Source: Candidatus Saccharimonadota bacterium (GTDB lineage: Bacteria > Patescibacteriota > Gracilibacteria > BD1-5 > UBA2023). From it: a DNA stretch of 32,000 nucleotides. Below the pieces are notes generated by a model. It saw only the letters and a program-made list of their open reading frames with translations, made no database searches and had not been told where the DNA came from. Both the position numbers and the translations under genes were made by a program. Shown here one piece after another: positions 19,924-29,106 of this stretch. The DNA lies in the NCBI GenBank assembly GCA_046350815.1, contig JAXLZO010000001.1, positions 210,001 to 242,000 of the forward strand, given 5' to 3'. Numbering within the stretch: position 1 is the stretch's first letter; every line of letters starts with the position of its first letter.

Positions 19924-20121
19924 CTACAATGCACCTGGAAGAAGTCTCTTGAGAGCAACAACATTGGATGCATCAGCAACTTGCCCATATTGATTACGAT
20001 TCTTCGCTTTACGAGACTTGTTAATCAAAAGATGGCTCTTGTTTGATTTTGGAAGCATGAACTTACCAGAACCGGTAATCTTTATGCGCTTTTTTGCGCT
20101 TGAGTGAGATTTTGCTTTCAT
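19924..20121 (-). CDS. rpmI: 50S ribosomal protein L35
   Basis: Intact ORF. MKAKSHSSAKKRIKITGSGKF... is typical of L35 and sits in the infC-rpmI-rplT order. Confidence 0.9.
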   Translation of the reverse strand: MKAKSHSSAKKRIKITGSGKFMLPKSNKSHLLINKSRKAKNRNQYGQVADASNVVALKRLLPGAL

Positions 20122-20139
20122 AACAGAAATATAAGAGAA

Positions 20140-20688
20140 TTATTTTTTTGGATAGAGGAGCACAGCGAAAGTATTACCAGTTTTGGTTATTGGCGCCTCA
20201 TCTGTTTTGTAAATATCAGAGAGAAATGCCACAAACTCACGTACTTTTCCAGAAGCGAGTTCTGCGAAATTATTTTCACGTCCACGCAGTTGCAAGACAA
20301 CCTTGATCGGATGAGCATCTTCTACGAACTTACGGATTTGATTCAAGCGAATATCTCGATCATGATCACCCATACGATAGGTAAGCTTGATGGTTTTTAC
20401 TTCAGCTTGCTTCGAGTTCACACGATTCACAGAAAGCTTTTTTTGCTCTCGGAATACGTATTTACCATAATCCATCATCTTTGTGATGACAACACCGTCA
20501 CGCTCACCCATTTCAACGATATCCATTCATTCTTCCTCAGCTCGAGCTATCGCTTCTGAGAGAGAGAGAAGTCCAAGGTTTTCACCTTCTTCTGTGACAA
20601 CTTGAACTCGAGATGCTATGATCTCATGGTTGATTCGTTTTGATTTAACGGGCTTTTTTTGTGGTTGAGGACTCGATCGTTTTCTCAT
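20140..20688 (-). CDS. infC: Translation initiation factor IF-3
   Basis: Track ORF 20140..20526 extends in frame through TGA to ATG 20686-20688: ...INHEIIASRVQVVTEEGENLGLLSLSEAIARAEEE-G-MDIVEMGERDGVVITKMMDYGKY. 182 aa, stop TAA. Confidence 0.9.
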
Positions 20689-20697
20689 TCGTGGGAA

Positions 20698-20967
20698 TTA
20701 TTTTGTGAGAGCTGCTTTTAGTGTCTTCGAAAAAGACGATTTTTTACGTGCAGCATTGTTCTTGTGAAGAATATTCTTTTTCACAAGAGTGTCAACACGG
20801 CTATAGAGCTTAGAGAGAGTAGTGGTTGCTTCCTCTACATTTCCAGCCTTGAGAGCACGCTCAAATGTCTTGAGAGTTTCTTTATAGAGATCAGAAAAGC
20901 GACGATTGCGAGAAGCTCGAACAAGACTTTGCTTGTGGGCTTTTTTAGCGGATGAAGTCAATGGCAT
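20698..20967 (-). CDS. rpsT: 30S ribosomal protein S20
   Basis: Internal ATG 20965-20967 of track ORF 20698..21057. MPLTSSAKKAHKQSLVRASRNRRF...VKKNILHKNNAARKKS is typical of S20. 89 aa. Its stop lies 10 nt upstream of the infC start. Confidence 0.9.
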   Translation of the reverse strand: MPLTSSAKKAHKQSLVRASRNRRFSDLYKETLKTFERALKAGNVEEATTTLSKLYSRVDTLVKKNILHKNNAARKKSSFSKTLKAALTK

Positions 20968-21076
20968 ATCAAAACAATGTGAGTTGAAAAGAGTCCAGAT
21001 GGACAAGAAATACCGCGAAATTGTATGAAAAAAGACAAAAGAGTCAAATGAAAGCAAGAAAAGTCTATAAAAATCA

Positions 21077-21997
21077 CTAGTTCGATGTATTTTTTATAGG
21101 CTCTCCTGATAATTTTGGAGTTGCAACTATATATTCCGGAAACCATCTTGATCGCTCACTCCATTCTTGAAAACCCATAATCACTGGGGCCTCAGATCGT
21201 CACTCCGATAACGTAAGCTCTGTGATATTACCGTTATCATCAGTCCTTGCGCCAATAATAAGCGCTGTGTGTTCTCCAATATATCAGCGAATATTTTTTC
21301 CAGTTGCTGTTTTCCAATCAAGAAAATAAGGTGTATTTTCGGGATAGAGCGTGGAAATATAGTATACCATAATTGGATATCCAGCAGAGAGAGAATCAAG
21401 AATTATTTGGTTGGATCGAGGAACAATTCTGAGCTCATATCACATTCGATCGAATATATTTTTCACTCGACGATGTATGCCTCGTGCATGAATACCATAT
21501 CCACTCATACGACTGATCACACTTGATTGTTTGCCATAGATATCTCCGACAAAATACCAATCCGGATCACCCCAGAGAATCTCATTTTTTCCAACTTGCA
21601 TAGGCAAACCCTCACTTCTTATGATCTTTGAGCGAATAAATGACTCTGTTACAAGATATTTATCTTCTTTTGCACGGATAAAATTGTAGAGCTCTGTCAT
21701 ACTGTTCGCCTCACAAGAGAGAGATAACTCCTGTTTTTCATGATAAGTTTTGAGGAGAATATTTGTCCCAGTATAGGTCGTCGAACTCCTATCTTTGTCC
21801 GTATTGATTGTACGGGCAAATACAATTGGTGATGAGATATATTCAAGCATCGAAGAAAATAATGGATTCTTAATACCAAGAGTCTCATCTATTGAGGTGC
21901 ATACATCCATTGCACACACTGATGATCCGAGAGAAAAACTCATAAAAATATTGAGAAACAGGAAAACTCGAGAAAGAGGCGCCAAGAAAATATTCAT
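21077..21997 (-). CDS. Secreted C39-like (papain-fold) cysteine peptidase domain protein
   Basis: Track ORF 21440..21997 has signal peptide MNIFLAPLSRVFLFLNIFMSFSLGSSVCA. It reads through TGA 21440-21442 and 2 more TGA to TAG 21077-21079. This frame differs from track ORF 21181..21399. Candidate catalytic Cys in LSLSCEANSM and His in IGEHTALIIGARTD. 306 aa. Confidence 0.6.
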
Positions 21998-22207
21998 GAA
22001 AATGAGAAATTGAGACAGTCAAAATATTGTCGAAGAAGTTTCTGTCAAACTTTGTTTGTATTGGGCGAAAATTGTACCATGAGAAAAGAAAAATATTTTA
22101 TTTTATCACAGAAATTATTTAAGAATTAATACTATTAATCGTCAATACATATTGTTGCAACGGCATAAAATATGTGAGAGAATGAAACAAGTAAATTCCC
22201 ACTATTT

Positions 22208-22327
22208 ATGAAACAAAAAATTCGAAAATATATATTCATTCCACTATTTCTGCTCTTGACTGGATCATGAGCCTTTGTGTTCACTGCAACATTTAATAAG
22301 ACTCTAGACAAGCAAACATTTGAATAA
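22208..22327 (+). CDS. Short ORF running into the IS left end (possible truncated gene remnant)
   Basis: ATG 22208. MKQKIRKYIFIPLFLLLTGS-G-AFVFTATFNK, then the sequence enters the IS inverted repeat at 22300 and stops at TAA 22325-22327 inside the element. Confidence 0.2.
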
Positions 22328-23065
22328 TTGAGCGTTTCGCTAATCTTCTGAGAAGGAGCCGTAAGGCTTCTTCTTTCTTATTGCGATAATTATACCGAAA
22401 CTCACATTCTTTCAAATGAAGATGGAATTTGTCTGCTCGGATTCAGTTTAATTTGATCATTCTTTGTTTTGCAAAACTCCAAAATGCCTCTATACCGTTT
22501 ACATGACTTTTTCATCTCGCAAACTTAACGAAGTGTATGCCTGTGGTGCATTGTGTGAATGAAACACTCTATAATGTTCGTATCCATTGAGTATAAGCCC
22601 ATCATAACTTGTCCAACCATCAGAGTTGACCGTGGATCATTCCAGAACTTTTCCTTGTATAGTATAGGCATTAATGAGTCTCTACTACAATCTGGAACAA
22701 TACTTACAGAGACATTTCAGTTTCTTTTCTGAAGTCCAAACACTGTGGTGTTTTTCCAGCCGCTCACCTTCATTGTTTTCCTCTGACTCGTCTTGCACCG
22801 AAGTAACTCTCATCAACTTCAAATTCTCAGAATTCTTTTCAAAACTTTGATGATTCTTCAATAGATATTCTCACAATTTCTTCTCGAAATATAGCATAGT
22901 ACCTGTTAATAGTGTTACGAGATATTTCGAGAAGTTCTGATGTTTGAGTAGCAGTAAAGTCTCCTAAAAATAGCTTCAAAATTTCTCGTATTTTCTCAGA
23001 GCTGATTTTACTGTATTTAATCATATGGAACTAGTGTAAGAAGATAATTCTTCTTGTCTAGAGCC
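22300..23065 (-). mobile_element. Decayed IS1595-family insertion sequence
   Basis: Imperfect terminal inverted repeats GACTCTAGACAAGCAA (22300-22315) and TCTTCTTGTCTAGAGCC (23049-23065). They resemble the IRs of the intact copy at 30180..30960. 766 bp. No target-site duplication is evident. Confidence 0.75.
22322..23024 (-). pseudogene. IS1595-family (ISXO2-like DDE) transposase pseudogene
   Basis: The N-terminus (track ORF 22839..23024, MIKYSKISSEKIREILKLF...) reads through TGA into EVDESYFGARRVRGK.GRGAAGKTP and then hits TAA at 22704-22706. Recognisable downstream segments lie in other frames: VFGLQKRNGNVSVSIVPDCSRDSLMPI, then IQGKVLE.STVNSDGWTSYDGLILNGYEHYRVFHS, then HVNGIEAFWSFAKQRM..HLHLKECEFRYN. 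This requires at least 3 frameshifts. Confidence 0.75.
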
Positions 23066-23076
23066 TTGTTTTTTCC

Positions 23077-24807
23077 CTAAAATCCACTTTGCAACTCAAG
23101 CATCCGAGCATAACGACTCTTCTTTTGGAGAAGAGTTTCATGATTCCCTCGCTCTTGAATCTCGCCGTTTTCAATATAGATAATCTCATCAGCTTCTTTT
23201 ACCGTCTGAAGCCTATGAGCAATGATGATAACCGTTCTTCACTCAAAAAGTTTATGGAGGGCATGCGATACTTGTTCCTCCGAGAAACTATCAAGTGCAG
23301 AGGTCGGTTCGTCAAGGAGTATAATTTCAGGATTCTTGAGAAATATTTTTGCAATAGCAAGACGTTGTTTTTGTCCACCAGAGAGTCTGACTCATTTTTC
23401 TCCAATCTCCGTATCAATTCCATCGGTAAAATCCAAGATAAAATCACATTGTGCAAGCTTAAGCGCACGTAGAAGATCTGATTCATATGTATCTTTTGAC
23501 AGACCAAGAAGAAGATTCTCACGAATCGTCGCATCGAATACGAGAGGATCTTGAGTTAAATATCATACATGAGAGAAATACGTCTTAAGTGCGATACTAC
23601 TAAGATCCTGATTATCAATAGCGATCATGCCATTTGTCGGAGAGAGAAATCACACTATCAGCTTCATGATCGTTGATTTTCCAGATCAAGATGGTCCGAT
23701 AAGAGCGGTTTTCTTGCCACCAGCAAACACAATATTCATATTCTTAATGGCAGCTTCCTCATTTTCGTGATATGCAAATCATACATTTTTGAGGCTTATT
23801 TCTCATTTTCCAAGTCTGAATTCATTTCCTTGTTCATATTGTGAAAAAGGTGCTAATCCATCAATAAGTTTCCATCACTGTTGCAATTGAATAAAATTGG
23901 AGAGAAATTCATTCATAAAATCCATGAGATCATGCATTCTTCCATGAAATCCTGCTAAAAATCCAAGTATTCAAAGTGTATATGGAAGAAGAGATGGATC
24001 TTTGATCGAGGCAGTACCCAGAATATAAGCAACGAGACTGTAGAATGCAACGAGTATTACCGTGAGGAAAGAATTACGAGATACCATGAGAAACGAATAT
24101 GGCTCAAATAACTCCGTGTGTTTTTGTGCAATATTCCTCTGACTGATCAGTGCTTCATCTTGTGTATTGCTTTGAAGTATTGCACTATAAGACATAAATA
24201 TTTTCGTAGCATTTCTATCCCATTCCTTAAATAAAGCGTGTATTTTTGATGTCCATTTTTTCCCTGATGTATGTGTCAAGATACTGAGAAGAAGAGTTGA
24301 TAGAAGAATGCTCATAATCGCAATAAGCAGCCAAAAGGATCAAATCTTAATACAAAAATACATGCCAATACCCATAGTAACCATAAACTGTATTCCTTGT
24401 ATAATTGCTCGAAGGGAAGTAGTAATCCAGAGGTTTGCATCACGGTGATAGATCGACATGAGTCGACCGGTACCATAGAATTCCACATCATGTGGATGAC
24501 TCCCGAGAACTTGTCTCAGAGTGGTATCGTCACGCACCAAAGTATCGAGACGATGCTTGACCGTCTGAAACATATATCGATGGCTCATGATCCGAATAAC
24601 AATGGAAATCAACATAAATACACTATATGCTACCAACGTATAGATCAGAAGGTGAGTATTGCTCTGTTGGAGAGCAAGTGTTACATACGTAAGCACAATA
24701 CTGACACTCACCATGGTGATGGAGATAAATGTTTCTCGAAGAGCAAAAAACACTATATCTTTCTTGGCAAGATTCATCCAAGAAAATAGTCGTACAAAAT
24801 CCTGCAT
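23077..24807 (-). CDS. ABC transporter, fused permease/ATPase (MsbA/MdlB-like type I exporter)
   Basis: Track ORFs 24340..24807 and 23971..24315 plus downstream pieces share one frame and are joined by many TGA. Walker A IGPS-G(TGA 23686-23688)-SGKST. Signature LSGGQKQR. Walker [12 protein letters not shown]. Stop TAG 23077-23079. 576 aa. Confidence 0.9.
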
Positions 24808-24854
24808 ATTTCGTGTTATGAAGATATTTCGAGCATATGAAAGAACTCAAAATA

Positions 24855-24886
24855 TCAAAAAAGAAAGAAGATATATCTTCTTTCTT
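24855..24886 (-). terminator. Putative terminator after the CYTH gene
   Basis: Perfect 13-bp palindrome arms AAGAAAGAAGATA/TATCTTCTTTCTT (24861-24886), followed on the minus strand by a T-run. The stem is AT-rich. Confidence 0.5.
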
Positions 24887-25401
24887 TAATTTGATTTGAT
24901 GAGTTTTGGATGATACACATCCCAGAGTTCATCACTCCCATATGCTACTGTATCTTTCATTTCATACCCGAGCAGTTTCACTCAGCGAACAACCGTTTCT
25001 TCAGATTGACCTTCCACTTCGATAAAAGTTGGTATATCTCACCAAGTGTCAATATCATAGTGAATATCCTCAAGTATATAAGATGTACGATGTTTGTGAA
25101 TTTCTTTGATCATCTTGAATCCAAGAAGATCTAGCATATGACAGAAGGTATCAAAATCGCCAATATACGTCTCGAGCTCAAGTGCATGTTTGATATCATG
25201 ATACACAAAGGCAGTCTTCTTGGTGATATATACCATATCACCCGCCTTTCGTATTCGGATTTTTCCACTGGAATTTGCATAATGTCTCGAATAGAGATCT
25301 CCCTCAAATACCTTAACAGCCCCATAGGTCTCAAGAGTTCGGACGAGAGATTCCTTGTTGATTTCAAGAATTTTTACCTCTAGTTCATTAATAGATGTCA
25401 T
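24886..25401 (-). CDS. CYTH-domain protein (CyaB/thiamine-triphosphatase-like triphosphate tunnel enzyme)
   Basis: Track ORF 25039..25401 reads through TGA 25039-25041 and one more TGA to TAA 24886-24888. N-terminal ExExK signature ELEVKILEI. Alternating beta-strand pattern. 171 aa. Confidence 0.7.
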
Positions 25402-25406
25402 AGATA

Positions 25407-25868
25407 TTAGCGAGGAATGATATTGTATCCTTGTGTTTTAGTGGAAAGGCGATCAAGCGATTGAAATACAAACTCTCACTGTTTGTGGGCCTCAACATAC
25501 ATATCTCTTGATCTCGATCGCTCCGCTACAGAGAGATACGCATAATATGTATTGAGCTCAGAGACGAGATAATGATATTCATTTGCGATATCTGTATATT
25601 CGTAGTTCGTCATATAGCCATCACGGTAGGCAGACTTGATATTCAGACGAATAGCATTGAGAGTTTTTTTCGAGCTATCATATGAGGACTGTGATGTCTC
25701 CCCATAAAATCTCACCTTCTCCAAACGATAGCCATCAAGATTTGAAAGTCTACTGCTCGTACTCATGATATTCTCACGAATTCATCCATATGCCAAGGCA
25801 GGAGAAGTAAAGGACAAACTTGATAACCCAACGAGAACCAATGAAATGAATGTGAGAATATTTTTCAT
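25407..25868 (-). CDS. Hypothetical secreted protein
   Basis: Track ORF 25476..25766 extends upstream through one TGA to ATG 25866-25868 (signal peptide MKNILTFISLVLVGLSSLSFTSPALA). It extends downstream through TGA 25476-25478 to TAA 25407-25409. 153 aa. It ends 5 nt before the CYTH start. Confidence 0.6.
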
Positions 25869-25911
25869 ATATATTTTTGTTAGTATTTACACACAATAGA
25901 TATATTTTATA

Positions 25912-25928
25912 TATTGTCAATAATATCG
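25912..25928 (-). promoter_or_regulatory. Putative promoter; copy 1 of a shared 17-mer containing a -35 TTGACA
   Basis: The minus strand reads CGATATTATTGACAATA, then a 16-nt spacer, then TATTGT, about 30 nt upstream of ATG 25868. The identical 17-mer recurs at 29026-29042. Confidence 0.45.
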
Positions 25929-25955
25929 ACACAAGAAATATACAAAATATATTTC

Positions 25956-25985
25956 TTAAAAAACGCAGCAAGCTGCGTTTTTCTT
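25956..25985 (-). terminator. Rho-independent terminator after the LysM-CHAP gene
   Basis: Stem AACGCAGC / GCTGCGTT (25962-25979) flanked by A- and T-runs. It lies immediately downstream of the stop at 25986-25988. Confidence 0.75.
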
Positions 25986-27113
25986 CTAATCCACATAGAT
26001 ATATCACTTAATAGCAGGATGATCCTTGGGGATTTCTCTGATGGTAACAGTGTTGAGTTTTTGGTAGTTCATGTCTTTGATGATGAGTTTGGTATCTTTG
26101 ATTCATACGACGATACCGACATGTCAGTAGTAAGGATTGTATCCATATCATTCGAATTGGATGATAGATCCCACTGCAGGGGTTTTACCAGTTGGTACTC
26201 ATTGTGCTTTTGCATTTCGTATCCATTGGTTTGCATTTCATCTCCAGGTGACTGTCTTGTTCTGTGCGACATAGGCGGTACAGTTTCACCAGGCAAATCA
26301 TCGGCTCAGTCCGGTATAGACTACCTTATAGGTTTTATCTCATTTCTTAGCAGCAGTGCTTGTCTCAAGAAGACTCTCGGATTTTTTTATCGGTGGTTTT
26401 TTATCGGCAACCTTTGGGGTTATTTTCTCGGGAACTTTGACTACTGGTTTTACAGGAGGTTTTTCAGCAACTTTCAGAGATTGACTTTTTTGTTGATTTT
26501 GTTTATTTTGAGCTATCAAACTGACTGGCTGACTCGCACCTGCAACAATAACCACTTCGCCAACTGGAAGCTCTCACTCAAGAAGTTTTCCATAATCAGA
26601 GAGAATGCGTGATGGTTCGACTCAGAATTTCGTCGCTATACTCTCGAGTGTATCTCCTGATTGAATCGTATACGCAGATCATGAAACCGGTGGAATTTTT
26701 ACCACTGTCCCAGCTTTGATTTGTATATCACGATCTTCAAAATTATTTGCCCAAAGAATCATTGATGTAGGCACACGAAAAACCTCAGCGATCTTCGTAG
26801 GGGTTGTATCACTTTGAGTTCTGTACACATGAAGCCTAGTGAGATTCGTTGTTGCATATTGACCGACACTCGGATCATTTGCACGAATATAACGATTTCA
26901 TCAGAGGCTATCTTCCTCAGGTGGAATATCTTCCGAATCATCAACACTATATTCGGACAAAGTTATAGATTCACTGTCTTCCTGTGCCTGAGCTGTACTT
27001 GTCAGAAGCAAGTAGTTACTAAATGTTGGATATACCGGAAGGAGAAAAATAACAAGAATACTAATAACATGATATTTTTTGAGAATTGCAAAAAATCACC
27101 CAATTTTTTGCAA
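25986..27113 (-). CDS. Secreted peptidoglycan hydrolase: LysM-LysM, Pro/Lys-rich linker, CHAP domain
   Basis: One minus frame stays open from 27206 to TAG 25986-25988 with many TGA. The track shows only 26340..26555 (GTG start). Two LysM-like repeats (YRTQSDTTPTKIAEVFRVPTSMILWANN..., YTIQSGDTLESIATKFGVEPSRILSDYG...). Linker KPPVKPVVKVPEKITPKVADKKPP. CHAP-like W-G-NCTAYVAQ ... GHVGIVVG. The start is uncertain: there is no in-frame ATG upstream of the TM segment, so TTG 27111-27113 or GTG 27174-27176. Confidence 0.75.
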
Positions 27114-27236
27114 AATTGAGGTGGCATTTCGACGACCTGCGGATGTTATGCAATACTTCCGTTTGGAACTATTCACGTAGAATTTTTGGATATAAAAGAA
27201 GTTGTTCTATCTCAAAGAAATGAGATTCAAACATCT

Positions 27237-27539
27237 TTATGCGATTGCTGTAACCTCAAGTGTGCTGAGGTGAGCTCGAAAACCTCGAGTTCGAGCATAA
27301 CGCTTCTTTGATTTCATTTTAAATACACGGAGCTTGTCCCCGAGAGTATGACTGAGTACCTTGAGTGAAACGATCTTTGCTGAAGATCCAACACTAAGTC
27401 CAGAACCATCTTCACCAGTTGTGAGGAGCGCTTGAACATTCATACTACCATCAATATCAGCTTGTTGGCGGTCTACAACGATCTTGTCTCCAACTTTTAC
27501 GGTATATTGCTTGCCTCCAATTTCAACGATTGCGAGCAT
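27237..27539 (-). CDS. rplU: 50S ribosomal protein L21
   Basis: Intact ORF. MLAIVEIGGKQYTVKVGDKIVVDR... is typical of L21. Confidence 0.93.
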   Translation of the reverse strand: MLAIVEIGGKQYTVKVGDKIVVDRQQADIDGSMNVQALLTTGEDGSGLSVGSSAKIVSLKVLSHTLGDKLRVFKMKSKKRYARTRGFRAHLSTLEVTAIA

Positions 27540-27620
27540 AAGAAAATTGTGAAAAATACAAATAACTGCGAGATTTTATCAAAAAACTCTATTTTGGCAA
27601 ATTTATATCACCTACTTATT

Positions 27621-28247
27621 CTAAAGATAAGCACTTAAGATGACTTGAATGTGCGAAAATACTTCATCTGGAGATCCGCTCGCGTTAATACGATATACTC
27701 TTTTTCCTTCGCTCGCCCACTCTGCAAGAAGTGGGAGCGTATTCTCATAAAAAGCTTCGATACGTATCTTTGCGGCTTCAGGAGTATCATCCTCTCTCTT
27801 GATCAACCTGTTTCCGGTAAATGGAGAATAATCTCATTCAAAATCTTTTGAAAAACTCATACCATTAATCGGATCAATACGACGATTGGAGAGACGATCT
27901 ATGGCGATATCTTGCTTAAGGTCAAGAAATACAACGAGATACTCTGGAAATATCGTATCAAATAATGCTTTCTGGGCAAAAGTTCGTGGAATTCCATCAA
28001 AGAGAATATGTCATCAAGTGTGCTCATTTTTATAATGTTGTAGCATTGCTCCAACAATTTCATCATCTATAAGTTTTCATGCTTTCATATCTCACTCCAG
28101 CTTTGCAGCCATCGGATGTCCAGTTTTTGCAAAGTTGCGTAATTTTTGCCCCATTTCAAAGAATACATAATTGGGATAGTTCTCACAAATAAGTCGTGCT
28201 TGCGTTCATTTTCAACTTCCTTGTATGCCAACAAGAACAATATGCAT
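27621..28247 (-). CDS. adk: Adenylate kinase
   Basis: ATG 28245-28247. P-loop MHIVLVGIQGS-G(TGA 28212-28214)-K-G(TGA 28206-28208)-TQ. ...ILFDGIPRT.... Track ORF 27621..27806 is only the C-terminus. 208 aa, stop TAG. Confidence 0.9.
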
Positions 28248-28269
28248 TGTAATATAAAAAGAATATTAA

Positions 28270-28623
28270 AGCTCTCTCGATAATAAGCCGGATTCTGTAT
28301 GTCTCTACACATCTCTCTAGGATGTCACTCACGCGACACCTCAAGCAGGGTATACATACTATCGAGTGCCCGAGCATATCTCTCAAGTAGTACCATTCCC
28401 TTTGCATCACATGGGGTTTGCCACCTCATAGAATATATGAGATCCTACTGAGTAGGACTTTTCACCTTTCTCCTGCCAAAAGCAAGATAGTATTGTCTCT
28501 GTGGCACTATCCGTAAATAGAGATTCAAATATACCTCTATCCCACAGCCGTTAACTGCCATGCTCTCGGGTGATGTCCAGACTTTCCTCATTCTTGCGAA
28601 CGCGTGTAGTTGTCGAGAGAGCT
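28270..28623 (-). ncRNA. rnpB: RNase P RNA (bacterial type)
   Basis: The minus strand contains GAGGAAAGTCTGGAC (plus 28575-28589; consensus GAGGAAAGUCCGGGC), AGTGCCACAGAGACAA, and ACAGAATCCGGCTTAT near the 3' end (consensus ACAGAACCCGGCUUA). A P1-like pairing joins GCTCTCTCGA (5' end, plus 28613-28622) to TCGAGAGAGC (3' end, plus 28271-28280). A TATACT -10-like box lies just upstream. Track ORFs here (28085..28696) are spurious. Confidence 0.88.
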
Positions 28624-28659
28624 TTGAGAGTATAGCGAAAGTTGGAAAAATCGGAAATA

Positions 28660-28682
28660 AGAAAAGCCCCAATATGGGGCGA
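28660..28682 (-). terminator. Rho-independent terminator upstream of rnpB
   Basis: Stem GCCCC (28666-28670) / GGGGC (28676-28680) with loop AATAT, followed by TTTT on the minus strand. It lies 18 nt downstream of the stop at 28700. Confidence 0.6.
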
Positions 28683-28699
28683 GGGGGATCGTGCAAGAA

Positions 28700-28972
28700 T
28701 TATTTTCCAGAAAAAATGACCCTAGCGATTTTATGAATCATACGCGAACGTTCCTCTTCAAAGAGAGTCAGAGAATCCTGGTATTTTTTACGCCAAATAT
28801 CCTCATAACAATGACGTTTGAAGCTCTCGAGAACCCACTTTGCACGCTCACGATCATTTTCAATGTGAGCATATTTATTTTCCGACTTCTTCACAAGCTC
28901 ATTACAATCCTTGCGGATATTGAGCCGAGTAGGAAGCTCAAGAAAGTAACGAATCATACTCATAATTGTCAT
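28700..28972 (-). CDS. Hypothetical 90-aa protein
   Basis: Intact ORF with a strong Shine-Dalgarno sequence (AAGGAG, 6 nt before ATG 28970-28972) and a putative promoter containing the shared 17-mer. Charged and helical-looking (…RERAKWVLESFKRHCYEDIWRKKYQD…). I recognise no family. Confidence 0.6.
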   Translation of the reverse strand: MTIMSMIRYFLELPTRLNIRKDCNELVKKSENKYAHIENDRERAKWVLESFKRHCYEDIWRKKYQDSLTLFEEERSRMIHKIARVIFSGK

Positions 28973-29025
28973 AACATTCTCCTTCTAAAAGCTATGAACA
29001 AGAAATATTAAATACAAATACATAT

Positions 29026-29042
29026 TATTGTCAATAATATCG
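29026..29042 (-). promoter_or_regulatory. Putative promoter; copy 2 of the shared 17-mer containing a -35 TTGACA
   Basis: The minus strand reads CGATATTATTGACAATA, then an 18-nt spacer to TAATAT, upstream of the SD and ATG at 28972. Confidence 0.45.
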
Positions 29043-29064
29043 CAGGAATAATGAACTCGGGAAT

Positions 29065-29093
29065 ACAAAAAATACTCAGTATCAGCTGAGTAT
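29065..29093 (-). terminator. Rho-independent terminator after recA
   Basis: Stem ATACTCAG (29072-29079) / CTGAGTAT (29086-29093) flanked by A6 and T6 runs. It lies 14 nt downstream of the recA stop. Confidence 0.8.
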
Positions 29094-29106
29094 TTTTTGT
29101 ATAGAG

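Noticed and set aside
21181-21399. Track ORF 21181..21399(-) as the C-terminal part of the peptidase gene.
   Set aside because: It is in a different frame from 21440..21997. The correct read-through frame (via TGA 21440-21442) gives a continuous C39-like sequence to TAG 21077.
22322-23024. Programmed ribosomal frameshifting in the IS1595 copy 1 transposase.
   Set aside because: At least three frame changes plus an in-frame TAA are needed. I see no slippery heptamer at the junctions, and the related intact copy is a single ORF. Decay is the simpler explanation.
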